In this document: one piece after another, positions 49,201-58,407 of the stretch
How the letters are laid out: the number at the start of each line of letters is the position of its first letter
How positions within the stretch are numbered: the first letter of the stretch is position 1
Origin: Octopus sinensis
Taxonomy: Eukaryota
Length of the DNA: 64,000 nt
Assembly (NCBI RefSeq): GCF_006345805.1
Contig: NC_043023.1
Span: 8,184,001 to 8,248,000 of the forward strand
Direction: 5' to 3'
Notes under the pieces: model-generated
The model's input: the letters and a program-made list of their open reading frames with translations, nothing else
Databases searched by the model: none
What the model was told of the DNA's origin: nothing
Translations under genes and position numbers: made by a program

Positions 49201-52200
49201 AAGGAAATCTGTTGTGGCCAGTGGAAGATTTCCTAATCAATATTGGGTAATTGAAATCACAAGTATGAGAACATAGGTAACCATTTTCATAGATGCAGCT
49301 CTAAAAAGTTTTGTGGATGGTAAATGTTGATGTGCTTTTATGTCGCAGAAAAATTCCTCTTGTGACTGGTTTAAATCTTCACAAGCAATTTCTGAAAAGC
49401 TTGAGCAAGCATAGACCATCGCACCACCTCCAAGGTAATGAAAGAGGTCTTTGTGAAAGAAAATGTAGCCAGCCATGCTAAAAACACCATTGCACAGTAA
49501 AGAATGTGTCCAGGTTTAACAAATGAGATTGGAATCAGTACTTTTAACTTAGGAATCAAAAATAGTGAACTTTATTGCATAAACTGTGGGTATTTTTAAA
49601 CAATAATTTGTATCTCGATTTAAATCTGTCATGGTTCATGGAAGAGGATATCCTCAGACCAGTTTGCATCCCTTTTTCATCTGGTATTGAGTCATGATTT
49701 AAGGGATCTACAATATGTAACTTCAGGTGTGTATCAGGTGGTGAATGACGAAGAGCTCAATTTATCACACCTGTCCTTATAAGAAGCTAAACAGTATGCA
49801 CATAGCTCAGTAGAAGGTAAATCTAACTCGTTTGGGTTTTGATCCAATCAACTGAGGCAAATAAAATTGTTTTGGAGGAACACATCTGAAGTTGATAAGA
49901 TGTAGATCAATGAACATGGACTCACCTATAACAAGGGGCAGGTTTGTATGCAGGGCAAACCTAGACTGAAGTGTTTTGCTAAAGAACTTTACACATCGCC
50001 TTGTTCAGGAATTGAAGCCGCAATTTTACTGTGTGAGTCCAAAAGCCTAACAACTTAGCCATGCACCTCACTCTGGTCAGTCTGGTGTTTCATAATATTC
50101 TGTACTGTAAACATAAAACAAACATGTAATATTTGTTAGAAATGAATGTTATAGGTGGGATGTGTTTTATGTTTTTTCCACAGATGTATGCTTTGTGAAG
50201 TGAATAAAGCCAGCATGGAGTTACAACCCTGTGCACATACTGTTTTATGTGAAGATTGTAGCAAAATTCAACTTAAAACATGTATAGAAAGCAAAAGAAG
50301 GAGAGTTGGTAAGAATATGATTTGATGATCTGTCTGTTTGTCACATGACATTATGGAATGGAATAATGTTGTATCAACCCAGATCTGTCATAATCTGACA
50401 GACGTATGATAAAAAATGTCCCAGGTGTCTTTTCTCTTTGATAGTATATCCATGACTACACCCACTGAATATTGTCTTTATCCAAGTAGGAAACCTGTCC
50501 CACATCAAAAGAGTACTGTCTGCAACATAAGACTAATACGTTTTACTGAAATATAAATGAAATATCAATAAATCTCCAAGGTCCCATCAGTAAACATCAA
50601 CTTTTTATATTCAGTTGTCAGCTTTTATATGAGGTTAATGATTTATAAGTACCTTGGGAAACTGATAATTAAGGACAACAGTACTTCCTACAACATCACA
50701 GTCAGCTTTGTAATGTAAGAATTTCAATGACAAAATCTCAACTGAGAGTTTAAGGATCTGACTCTTAGCGAGTCTTATATATTCTTGAGAATGAATTCTA
50801 GTGTCCCATTTCAGATATAACTCCTTTGCAATAATGTGTAGATAAACAGTTTTAAGTTAAGGAGGTTTTATACAAATGTAATGTTTCAGGATACCTGTTA
50901 TCACTTTCTGCTCCACCTGTGTAGAACTAATCATTGCTCACCTGGAAAAAGAAAAAGCTGCTTATTAAGGAGGATGAATGACATTGAAATATCTTCAGAT
51001 CTTTCCTGAATCAGGTGGTATTCTGGTGAAGTGTGATGTGGGCAGTTAAAATTAAAGATTACCAACAGTAACATATAAAAATGAGGGCTGGGGTATGTTT
51101 ATCCTTCCTGAAGCAATGTGTCATGCCTTTGTGGCCAGATCTTTGAAGACCAGATTGGTTGACACTGGAATTTAGCAGAAAATGAGAAGAATATTGGTTA
51201 GTGAAGGTTCGAGATGAGAGGACAATGGCATGTCATATGACCAGCACAGACATAACAAAGGAAAGACAAAATTAAGAGAAAAAGAGTGTTATGAAGGGAT
51301 AACTAAGTGAGAGAATTTCAGAATCCTTAGATTAGTATATAGGATGTCTTAAGAGAAAGATGAGATTTAGAAAGGTTTGCCTATTTTGTTGTGGTTCTAA
51401 ATATTGAACTATTATATAGTAACAGCTTAGAAAGTGTTGACTGAAAGCATAGTGGTCACCAATTGACTATTGATGATATGAATGCCTTACAAAAATGGAA
51501 TATAGATTATTAAAAGAGACAAAGAAATTTTACTATGAAGTATAAAACTTTGAAATGCTTATTTCAGTGTGTCCAAAGTGTAAAGAAAAAGCAGTCAAGA
51601 CGGTTGTAGAATCTGTTGGTGAGTATAAAATATCTGTAATTGATTTCTATAAATTTTACCTTCACCTGAGATATATTATTTGTGTGAATGACTGAGAACA
51701 GGTTCCATTCTTAATTTCCAATTCTTATTTCAGAATGTCCAAAGTGTAAAGAAAAAGTAGAATCTTTTGGTGAGTATAAAATAACTGTAATTGATTTCTA
51801 TAAATTTTACCTTCACCTGAAATATATTATTTGTGTGAATGTCTGAGTACAGGTTCCATTCTTAATTTCCAATTCTTATTTCAGTGTGTCCAAAGTCTGA
51901 AGAAAAAGGAGTCCAGACGGTTGCAGAATCTGTTGGTGAGTATAGAATAACTGTAATTGATTTCTATAAATTTTACCTTCACCTGAGATATATTATTTGT
52001 GTGAATGACTGAGAACATGTTCCATTCTTAATTTCCAATTCTTATTTCAGTGTGTCCAAAGTCTGAAGAAAAAGCAGTCAAGACGGTTGCAGAATCTGTT
52101 GGTGAGTATAAAATAACTGTAATTGATTTCTATAAATTTTACCTTCACCTGAGATATATTATTTGTGTGAATGACTGAGAACAGGTTCCATTGTTACATT

Positions 52201-55200
52201 TCTTTCGAATGGTTAGCGATAAAAGTAATTCTATTCGTTACCTACAAATGCAAGAATATCCAATAAAGGGGTTTTATAGAAATATGGAAACATGAGACAC
52301 AGGAAAAATGTCTTTCACGATGAGGCCAAAATACAAAAGATAAAATATAAACCCTGAAGCTGTTCTCTCCCCATAATGAGATACATTCACTTTTCTTTCA
52401 TCTCATTGTTGTCTCTCTCTCCTTCCCTGTTTCTTCCTTCATCTCTCTCTCTCTCTCTCTATGCATCTACATGTAGCAGCCTCTGTACTTTCCAGTCGTG
52501 TAACAACATGAATTGTATTTAAAATATTGATATTACAGAAATTTAATAAAATGTCCAGCAGTGTTGGCCCTGTTGCTAAAATGGTTAAATTAGAAAAAAA
52601 AAACAAACAATAGAGTTAATATTGTCTTTTGAATGAAGGAAGAAAAACATTTTGTTGTTTAATGGTAAACAGGTGAGTTAATGACAGTGTTTGTTTGTTG
52701 TACATTTTCAATAAGTTTACTGATTATTGTTGTTGATGTTCTTGTTGAACAAGATGGTTAAGTTGAAAGCTTACAAGTGTGATCACCCTGTCTTTTTTTT
52801 CACTGTTAGTAAATCTATCATTACATCCATTAAACGATGTCTTTGTCCAAGTAAGAAGCTTTGGTCTGCTGCTGAGACAATTGCTCTCTCTCTCTCTCTC
52901 TCTCTCCTTAAGATGGACACTGGTTGCAAGATACAATACAATCGATGTTATTGTCCTCATCATTTACAGTCTGCTCTCCTTGCTTCCATGTAATGGATGG
53001 GTAATCACTGTCCAAGTCAGTTCTTATTCAGAGTTACTGTCCCCCTTGACTGCTTGAGAAACACATCTCCCTTAAACATTCCACCTTTTCTATGGTGGGA
53101 TGCCCCCCCCCAACACCAACCACTTCATAAAGAGTCCTGAGTACATTTTAATGTGGCACAAGCACTAGAAAGATTTTCATGTGTCCAACATTGAAACTGG
53201 AATAGCTGTAGGTTGCACACTATCAGTCACTTAGTTTGTGCTTGTTATGGGGATCGGCAGATTTATGAGAAGAAATTACTCAGGCGAAATCATCTAAGAA
53301 AACATTCATGGATGACATAAAAATGCTAACAAGAGATCCAAAGTATATGCAATCAGTCCAAGATAGATTGGATGGACTAATTAATTGCTCAAGAATGCTG
53401 TTTGAAACAAATAATGAATGCATTCTGACATTTGTGAAAGGTCAACAGAAGCAAGTGAAGTTCAAAATAGCAGGAGAAATGATGCGAAAGGTTAAAGAGT
53501 AACTTGTAAAACGTTTTGGACTGTGGTAGATGATCTCATTGTCCGATAAGAGTAGAGGCATTGATGTCATTGCAGAAACCGAGGATGGGCAATAAGCATT
53601 TGCCAAGTCAAAACTTCTGGGCAAAAACAAGATTTGGTGCTTGAAGTTTGATCTATATCACCATCTTGATAATATATTCTTAAATATCACTTCTTTTGTA
53701 CCATTTCAGATATTTTTCCTTTGCGATAATCTGTGTATGAACATTTGCATGTTGTTAAAGATGTTTTGTGCAAGTATACAGTGTTTTAGGATACTTGCTA
53801 TCACTTTCTGTTTCACCTGTGTAGAACTAATCATTGCTCATCAGGAAAGAAAAGCATTTCATTAAGGAGTCCTTAAATATTTCCTGAATCAGATGAAATT
53901 CTGGTGAACTGTGAGTTGCATTGTTTAAAATTAAAGATTAAAAGCAGCAACGTTTGACAAAGATAACAGGTGTGACATGAGTTTGTGTCAAGGTCATTGA
54001 TGACCAGCTTGGTTGACATCAGAATTAAGCAAAAGAAGAGGGGAATGTTGATTAGTGAAGTCCAGTGGTGAGGGGACAATGCCATGTCATAGGTTTAGAA
54101 TGGATACAAGAGATACATGTGATCATTAAATAAGATGATTGCAACGTTGTTAGATTAAGTAGGATGTCTTAATAGAAAAAGGAGGCTTAGGAAGGTCAGT
54201 CTATTTTATTATGGGCCTAAATATTGAGCCATTATATAGGACCACAGTAGAAAGTATAAAACTATCAACCAAACCTATAGTGGTCAGCAGTTGTCCATTG
54301 ATGATAGGAATGTCTTACAATAATAAAATATAAACCATTAACAGAGATCAGGAAATTGTGCTATGAAGTGTAAAATTTGGAAATATTTATTTCAGATTCT
54401 GTAATGGTAGAGGAGATTCATCTTCATAGGGTGTCCCAAAAGTTGGCAGGTAAATGGATGGAACTTGGTGAGTATAAAACACCGAATTTCTATAAATTTT
54501 GCTTTCAGCTAAACTTTTGTTTGTTTGAATGACTGAGAACCGATTCCATTCCTAATTTCCAATTGAAAGTTTAGCTATAAAGTAAAGCTATCACTGAAAT
54601 TTCATAAAATATCTATGGACGTCAGCACGGTTGTAAAATGTATAAATTAGAAGGTCCAGTAGAGTTAATATTATCGTTTGTAAAAGGGGACTCAAAAATA
54701 TTGTTGTTTAAGAGTAAACAGGTGAATTAATGACAATGTTTTTGCTTGTTTACACTTTTAGTAAGTTTACTAGTAGAGTGTTGTTGTTGATGTTTATTTT
54801 GGCAGATATCTGCCTTAATCTGGCAGAATTAAGGGGAAAGGGTTCCAGATGTGCCATCGCTCTTTCTCTTGGGTGAAGAGGACCACATTATCAAATGTAA
54901 CCTTTTTAAAATGAGAGTGTGCATTGTGTGGGACATGTTGTCATCTCTCCCCTGGCCAGTCTGTTTTTCTATATTTATTGTAATTCTTTAGTCCCAGGTC
55001 AACATATATTTCCTGTCTCTATAGAAGACAGGCCCCATTGTTGATTGTGTTCATGGCTGGATTGAACTCAGCATTGTAAGTTAATGAAACACTCATTTAT
55101 ATTAGAAAAAAAAGAATCTCAACAGAAAATTCAAACTCAACTTGATCTTGTTTCTCAATTGAAATCATTTCACTCTCCTTTACATTACAAATGTCACGTG

Positions 55201-58200
55201 GAAAGGCATGAACATCACAATATCCCATTTCCCTTTCTCCGACAGTTTAACACAACATAAAATATCATTTATACAATGCTCCTATTATTTACAGCAATGT
55301 CTTCTACCTCCCTATGGTACCTATATACATCTAGATAGAATGAAGCATAGAGAAATGTCTTTACCAGGTACATTGAGCGGTGCTGGGGATTAGATTTGAA
55401 CCTTTGATCCCTGACTCAAGGGATCATGACAATATCCCCTGAGTCAGCTGATAGAAACCATCATCTTCATCATCATTTGACGTCTGTTTTCCATGCTGGC
55501 ATGGGTTGGACTGTTTGACTGAGGTCTGGAGAGCCAGTGGCTGCACCAGGCTCCAATCTGATCTGGCAGAGTTTCTACAGCTGGATGCCCTTCCTAATGC
55601 CAGCCACTCCGAGAGTGTAGTGGCTGCTTTTTATGTGTCACCAGTACAGGAGCCAGTCAGGTGGACCTAGCATCAGTCATGTTCGGATGGCCTTTTTACG
55701 TGCCACCAACACAAGGAGTCAGTCAGATGACACTGGCATCGACTACATTTGGATGATGCCTTTTATGTGCCACCAGAACGGGGGCTAGTCATGGGGCACT
55801 GGCCACAGCTGCAATTTTGGTTTTACTTGACTCAACAGGTCTTCTCAAGCATATCATGTCACCCGATGCATTAAGGATACTCTTAAATGGGCCGGACATG
55901 CAACACTGGCATCGGCCATGGCTGCGATCTCACTTTAGTTGCTGGGTCTTCTCAATCACAGCATATTTCCAAAGGTCTCGGTCTCCTGCCATTGCCTCTG
56001 TGAGGCCCAATGTTCAAAGGCCATGCTTCACCATCTCATTCCATGTCTTCCTGGGTCTACCTCTTCCACAGCTTCGTTCTACAGTTAGGGAGTGGCACTT
56101 CCTCACACAGATGTCCTAATCCATACATAACACGTGACCATACCAGCACAGTCGTCTCTCTTGCACACCACATTTGATGCTTCTTATGTCCAACTTTCCT
56201 CTCAGGGTGTTTACACTGTGTCGTGTATGCACACAGACATTCCACATCCAGCGGATCATACTACCTTCATTTCTGTCAAGTCTATGCATGTCCTCAGCAG
56301 TCATGGCCCATGTTTCACTACCATGTAGCATGGCAGTTCACACTCAGAAATGATTTATCTAAATTAAGAAAGGACATCATCTACAACATTGCCAGCTTGC
56401 TATACCTCTGGGTGTCATACAAAATATACCAGTCATATACTGGGATAAAATGAATCCACTAACACCAGGTCCATTATCATCATCACCTTACATCCATTTT
56501 TCTAAGTTTGTAATGGTCAGACGACTTCTCCCAGAGTTGTTGTGGTCCTTTGTCCAGTTTGATCGCTTGTTTCTTTCCACTTGAATTCCAGGCACTTCTT
56601 TACCCAGATTTCATCTGCCATGTCCCTTCTATATCTATACCATTATCTTTTTTCTTGTACACTATCACAGATTCTTCTGAGATCCAGTTATTTGGCTCCA
56701 AGATTTCAACACATTAACATTACACTTCTAGAGATGTCTGCTCACCTCATTTCCTGGCAGTTTCCATTGTATCTTTCACATTCTATGTAACATTGCATGA
56801 GGTGTATTTGTAAAGTGCAATCTCTCCCTCATATGGAGACAGAATCCCTTAGTTGCCAGTAGACATAACAACTCCCTGTACATTTTTCATCTCATTTTCC
56901 TTCTAACTACTGTGCTTTCAGAATAGTTTCCTCTACTTCTAATTCTGTCCTTTAGGTAACAGAAACTATCAACTATGTCTTTCATACTTGTTCCTATGAA
57001 CTATTCCTGTACACATACAAAGTCCTTCCTCAGCCCTAACCTTAACCTGCCCTCCCTGTAAACTTGCTTGTTTGTGAATGCAGTGATTCTATCAGGACCC
57101 GAGTGTTGTAGGTGTATGGTGTAGATGTTGGTAAAACTCTTCTCATTGCTTTATTTACTCTAGGGCCTCTCCTGTATTAGATTCTTTGAAATTGTGGCCT
57201 TGATCCAGTGAAAGAAGTTCTTGTTATAAGTCATGAATCCAAAAACCTTAAGCCAGTGCCCTCTATAATATGTGATATTTACCTAACAGTATTATATTTT
57301 TACTTTGGGGTGGTTGAAATCATTCAGGTACACAATCCCCACTTTTGAGATATTTCTGAATGTTGATAATTTTTAAATATTTATTAATCATAGGTGGAAA
57401 GACATCGCAAATGACTATTTCAGGCATTGATCACAGGACGTTATCAAACGACTGAGATTGTATTCCTCCAAAGAGTCTCTGGAGTAACGTTACTCAACAA
57501 GGTGTGCAGGCTGGAGATTTGGGGTCTCTCCAGGTCAAGTGACTGCTTCTCTGCATTGAGAATTCACAGCTCCAGTAATCCTGGCATGTGATTAAAATAT
57601 CACAGGAAAGAACCACAAGAGGGATGAAGGAGGTGCCTGAAGACTCTTCCCCTACAATTCTCCTATGAATAGAGGGCAGAGAAAATGGACGGATGGATGA
57701 AATTATCTGTTGGTGGTCTTTGTCAATTCTTTAGGCTCTCATACACTGCTACCCACACAAACACTTCTCCTGCCAGTTGTTCACCAGACATTTTCTCATG
57801 TGTAATTTTCAATTCTTTAAAATATTCTTCTCCTTCTCCAGCCTTTATTTCAAATTGTTTGATATTTTTGTCAACATCTTTAGAAATAGATAACAATGTC
57901 TTCTAATTTCCCTGTTTCTTAAGTATTTCTCATTCTTCTATTCACATAATTTCTTTGTCCTAATTAATACAGGTTTTATATTATCGTTAATGCTGTTGCA
58001 ATTATTTCTTATTTCTTTTGCAGGAAGGGAATTAGGAATTCGACAAAATGACCTGGAAATCATCAGGCATGACTATCCTCAAAGCGTTAGGGAACAAGGC
58101 TTCCAGATGCTGTTCAAATGGCATCAAAGTACTGATCCAGAGAAACGTACACTTCGAATATTAAAAGCAGCTCTTAAGGAAACTGAATGTTATGATGCAC

Positions 58201-58229
58201 TCAAATGTTTATCATCAGAATTCAATTGA
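23580..58229 (+). CDS. Spliced gene (14 predicted coding exons, ~555 aa): Mind-bomb-like ankyrin repeats + RING + death domain; putative E3 ligase/adaptor
   Basis: Exons 23580-23663, 27391-27542, 30607-30763, 31230-31486, 36607-36642, 39663-39875, 45240-45418, 50184-50308, 51568-51618, 51734-51769, 51885-51935, 52051-52101, 54396-54467, 58024-58229; all GT-AG; phases chain correctly except exon 5 (1 nt short). Confidence 0.85.
23816..24440 (-). mobile_element. Degenerate LINE RT fragment (CR1/Jockey-like) in intron 1
   Basis: [14 protein letters not shown]...SINSGIP resembles the xLDIxKAFDxVW...SGVPQG RT motifs. Confidence 0.55.
26130..26470 (-). mobile_element. 3' end of an RTE-like LINE with two C2H2 fingers
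   Basis: [21 protein letters not shown]...[22 protein letters not shown] then 3'UTR; related 3'UTR piece at ~26660-26990. Confidence 0.6.
27391..27542 (+). CDS. Exon 2: ankyrin repeats ([10 protein letters not shown]...GANID...NTALHYAVK)
   Basis: ttcttctcttcag acceptor, GTAAGG donor, phase 0 to 2. Confidence 0.92.
28601..29085. mobile_element. Non-autonomous TIR element (~485 bp)
   Basis: ~85-bp imperfect TIRs (ggttaaaatcttgtgtttgg...gtgcaataggtgtgaaacaacatgtagtaaacgaata vs reverse complement at 29010-29085); flanked by TA; internal TIR-like copy at 28921-28948. Confidence 0.75.
29707..30430. mobile_element. Foldback-type element, ~720-bp imperfect palindrome
   Basis: Arms align from aggcatacctccacaac... 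to ...tgtgtaggtttgcct, with nested subrepeats; centre ~30070. Confidence 0.8.
30607..30763 (+). CDS. Exon 3: ankyrin repeats ([31 protein letters not shown])
   Basis: ttcctttcag acceptor, GTCAGC donor, phase 2 to 0. Confidence 0.9.
31230..31486 (+). CDS. Exon 4: ankyrin repeats incl. a recent 102-bp internal duplication
   Basis: [22 protein letters not shown] twice, [10 protein letters not shown]; donor GTAAGT; phase 0 to 2. Confidence 0.93.
31950..32147. repeat. Perfect 29-bp inverted repeat with 140-bp spacer
   Basis: ttggaaaatattcagataaaatttataag (31950-78) / cttataaattttatctgaatattttccaa (32119-47). Confidence 0.9.
32292..33715 (-). mobile_element. 5'-truncated RTE/BovB-like LINE (second family)
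   Basis: 379-aa ORF: [35 protein letters not shown]-terminal CSTC...HSHSRKC; upstream [12 protein letters not shown] in another frame. Confidence 0.92.
33799..34631 (+). mobile_element. RTE LINE 3'UTR with partial tandem duplication and expanded internal repeat
   Basis: Same subfamily as 4924-5470; 33799-33957 repeats the start of the segment resumed at ~34030; (ATG)n tail. Confidence 0.9.
35421..35556 (+). ncRNA. Type-I hammerhead ribozyme motif with long stem-II loop (intron 4, sense)
   Basis: atct-CTGAAGA(35429-35)-agcc...ggct-GAAA(35536-39)-CAGCTG-TA-agat; all core bases intact. Confidence 0.8.
36607..36642 (+). CDS. Exon 5: 36-nt exon (KRHYDVV...), apparently frameshifted
   Basis: Strong pyrimidine tract + CAG, donor GTTAGT; continues the ankyrin helix, but 37 nt are needed to reach exon 6 in frame. 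Confidence 0.65.
37587..37666 (+). ncRNA. Type-I hammerhead ribozyme motif (intron 5, sense)
   Basis: gtgg-CTGAAGA(37593-99)-aggcc...ggccc-GAAA(37651-54)-CATATG-TA-ccgc; A-C mismatch at the base of stem II. Confidence 0.7.
37860..38960 (+). mobile_element. Degenerate RTE LINE, endonuclease/linker region
   Basis: [14 protein letters not shown] (APE GDFNxxVG motif), MWWW, REKCV...DGSLAVSD; many stops. Confidence 0.65.
39663..39875 (+). CDS. Exon 6: ankyrin repeats (RTPLLEA...[19 protein letters not shown])
   Basis: AG 39661-62, donor GTAAGT 39876, phase 0 to 0. Confidence 0.92.
40192..41091 (-). CDS. Gypsy RT end/RNase H fused in frame to integrase C-terminal tail
   Basis: [30 protein letters not shown] then directly [13 protein letters not shown]...SPA...RTLRT; integrase core absent. 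Confidence 0.85.
   Translation of the reverse strand: MTNYLCKFLSNYSEVTAPLRQLLQSDTLWSFDKPQIEAIKKIKEMITRKPVLQFYDPDLPIKITTDASKHGLGAILEQKHNERWLPVSFASRATTQAEQNYCPIESEALSIVFACKKFHQFIYGTHFRIKSDEEPQLALLALRTTKLQNGAPSPANQIMNRTLRTNLPNILHDKIGIRPHEKKKSNITTELPELIPHDTVRIKFNNNWFRRGKIIKKLEQPRSYLVITEEGNTVKRNRQHILKTNEHVRITEELDYENIFPKSTNTHEKTKTAQLQNSTLQNNKTTKSGRRIIIPSRYR
41369..43156 (-). CDS. Gypsy gag-protease-RT (N-part), frameshifted near 41410
   Basis: Zinc knuckles (CHYCGYNH...[15 protein letters not shown]), protease [41 protein letters not shown]; shifted frame continues [10 protein letters not shown]...SQDDIII. Confidence 0.9.
   Translation of the reverse strand: MENLPHPKDLDFNQENLAAAWKKWKKEFNLFLIATESDMKPDKVKTSMFLTCIGSKGRDIHSTLDFDSPDEEMNLQTVIEKFDAYCEPRKNITFLRHKFFTCGQAEHQKFDEYELCQKAQQCEFGNLTDSLTKDILICGIRDMRLRERLLREPNLDLQKTIQAGQSAEQTRLQSRMLNATSETRDNEISRVYSQHDRKGAKTQITCHMQSRHQNEQGGSDRKPAKFQAPSQHYVTNCHYCGYNHKRNKCPAFHKTCEKCKKQGHYAKMCKSRKFVHKVEIHTDDESDDDTHALEMITANNSRVHKIEKFKTPKDIWTVELKVNNSNVTFKIDTGADVTVLPFREYRNIIPKPQQQKTSTRLSAYNNTAIKVLGKCTAVIKYKELSKQIKFIVAKTNSHAVIDAKTAKDLNLIQRISKINSSNTNDILEKYEDCFGEIGTLSITHHITVDPQITPVIHPPRSVPFSIKEKLNKELKRMTELDIIKPVSEPTDWVNSLVIVEKANGKLRLCLDPKNLNKAIKRQHFKLPTAEDIFAQMHNPKYFSKLDASNGYWQIPVDEESSHLLTFNTPFGRYRFTRLPLEFTAPVKFSKKKFQK
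43472..43622 (+). mobile_element. RTE-type 3' tail remnant (target of the Gypsy insertion)
   Basis: gttggcattagaaagggcatcc...ccagcatggaaaatggacattaaatgatgatga. Confidence 0.7.
45240..45418 (+). CDS. Exon 7: last ankyrin-like repeat and linker ([25 protein letters not shown]...LFPPP)
   Basis: ttgtag acceptor, GTAAGT donor, phase 0 to 2; resembles the ACFLAxxGAD...SPLDL segment before the RINGs of Mind bomb proteins. Confidence 0.88.
45865..46120 (-). mobile_element. RTE-type 3' tail fragment between TA tracts
   Basis: catcattatcatcattgcttaacgtccattt...gctggatgtccttcc. Confidence 0.7.
47750..49700 (-). mobile_element. Highly degenerate CR1/L2-like LINE (endonuclease to RT)
   Basis: NTFDLLFT...LGDSDHTPI (APE end), LQSDLD...C...K...HFG (RT thumb), many stops. 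Confidence 0.55.
50184..50308 (+). CDS. Exon 8: RING finger CMLC-x11-CAH-x3-CEDC-x7-CIES
   Basis: ttttttccacag acceptor, GTAAGA donor, phase 2 to 1; C3HC4 spacing with last Cys replaced by Ser. Confidence 0.9.
51568..51618 (+). CDS. Microexon A (51 nt): [17 protein letters not shown]
   Basis: ttatttcag / GTGAGT, phase 1-1, no stop. Confidence 0.7.
51734..51769 (+). CDS. Microexon B (36 nt): [12 protein letters not shown]
   Basis: ttatttcag / GTGAGT, phase 1-1, in-frame 15-nt deletion relative to A. Confidence 0.68.
51885..51935 (+). CDS. Microexon C (51 nt): [17 protein letters not shown]
   Basis: ttatttcag / GTGAGT, phase 1-1. Confidence 0.68.
52051..52101 (+). CDS. Microexon D (51 nt): [17 protein letters not shown]
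   Basis: ttatttcag / GTGAGT, phase 1-1. Confidence 0.68.
53240..53520 (+). mobile_element. Degenerate non-LTR RT remnant (FMDD motif)
   Basis: FMDDIKMLT...RMLFETN resembles RT motif 5; family unresolved. Confidence 0.4.
54396..54467 (+). CDS. Exon 13: death domain N-terminus ([24 protein letters not shown])
   Basis: ttatttcag / GTGAGT, phase 1-1; joins to give WMELGRELGI. Confidence 0.85.
55456..56342 (-). mobile_element. 5'-truncated RTE LINE
   Basis: [11 protein letters not shown]...RLCWYGHV, 3'UTR and catcat tail. Confidence 0.88.
58024..58229 (+). CDS. Terminal exon: death domain ([33 protein letters not shown]...[10 protein letters not shown])
   Basis: ttcttttgcag acceptor, TGA at 58227-29; death-domain pattern W..LGR.LG...I..I..........ML..W. 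Confidence 0.9.
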
Positions 58230-58407
58230 ATTTCTTTGTAAATTGTTGCTGTTGCTTAGTCGCAAGTCTGTCTTTACCACAGACCTATTATCAAATGCCT
58301 TCCATCCAGGACCATCCTGTCTTTTTCATAAGTATAGAGAACGTAGAACCACATTGTTTAATGTGTCCTTCTTTAAGGTGATAAGTTATGAATGGAGTAG
58401 GATTTGG

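Larger units (their letters stand above)
51560..52195. repeat. Tandem repeat, 4 units of 166/151/166 bp, each = microexon + 115-bp intron
   Basis: Introns 51619-51733, 51770-51884 and 51936-52050 are nearly identical. Confidence 0.95.
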
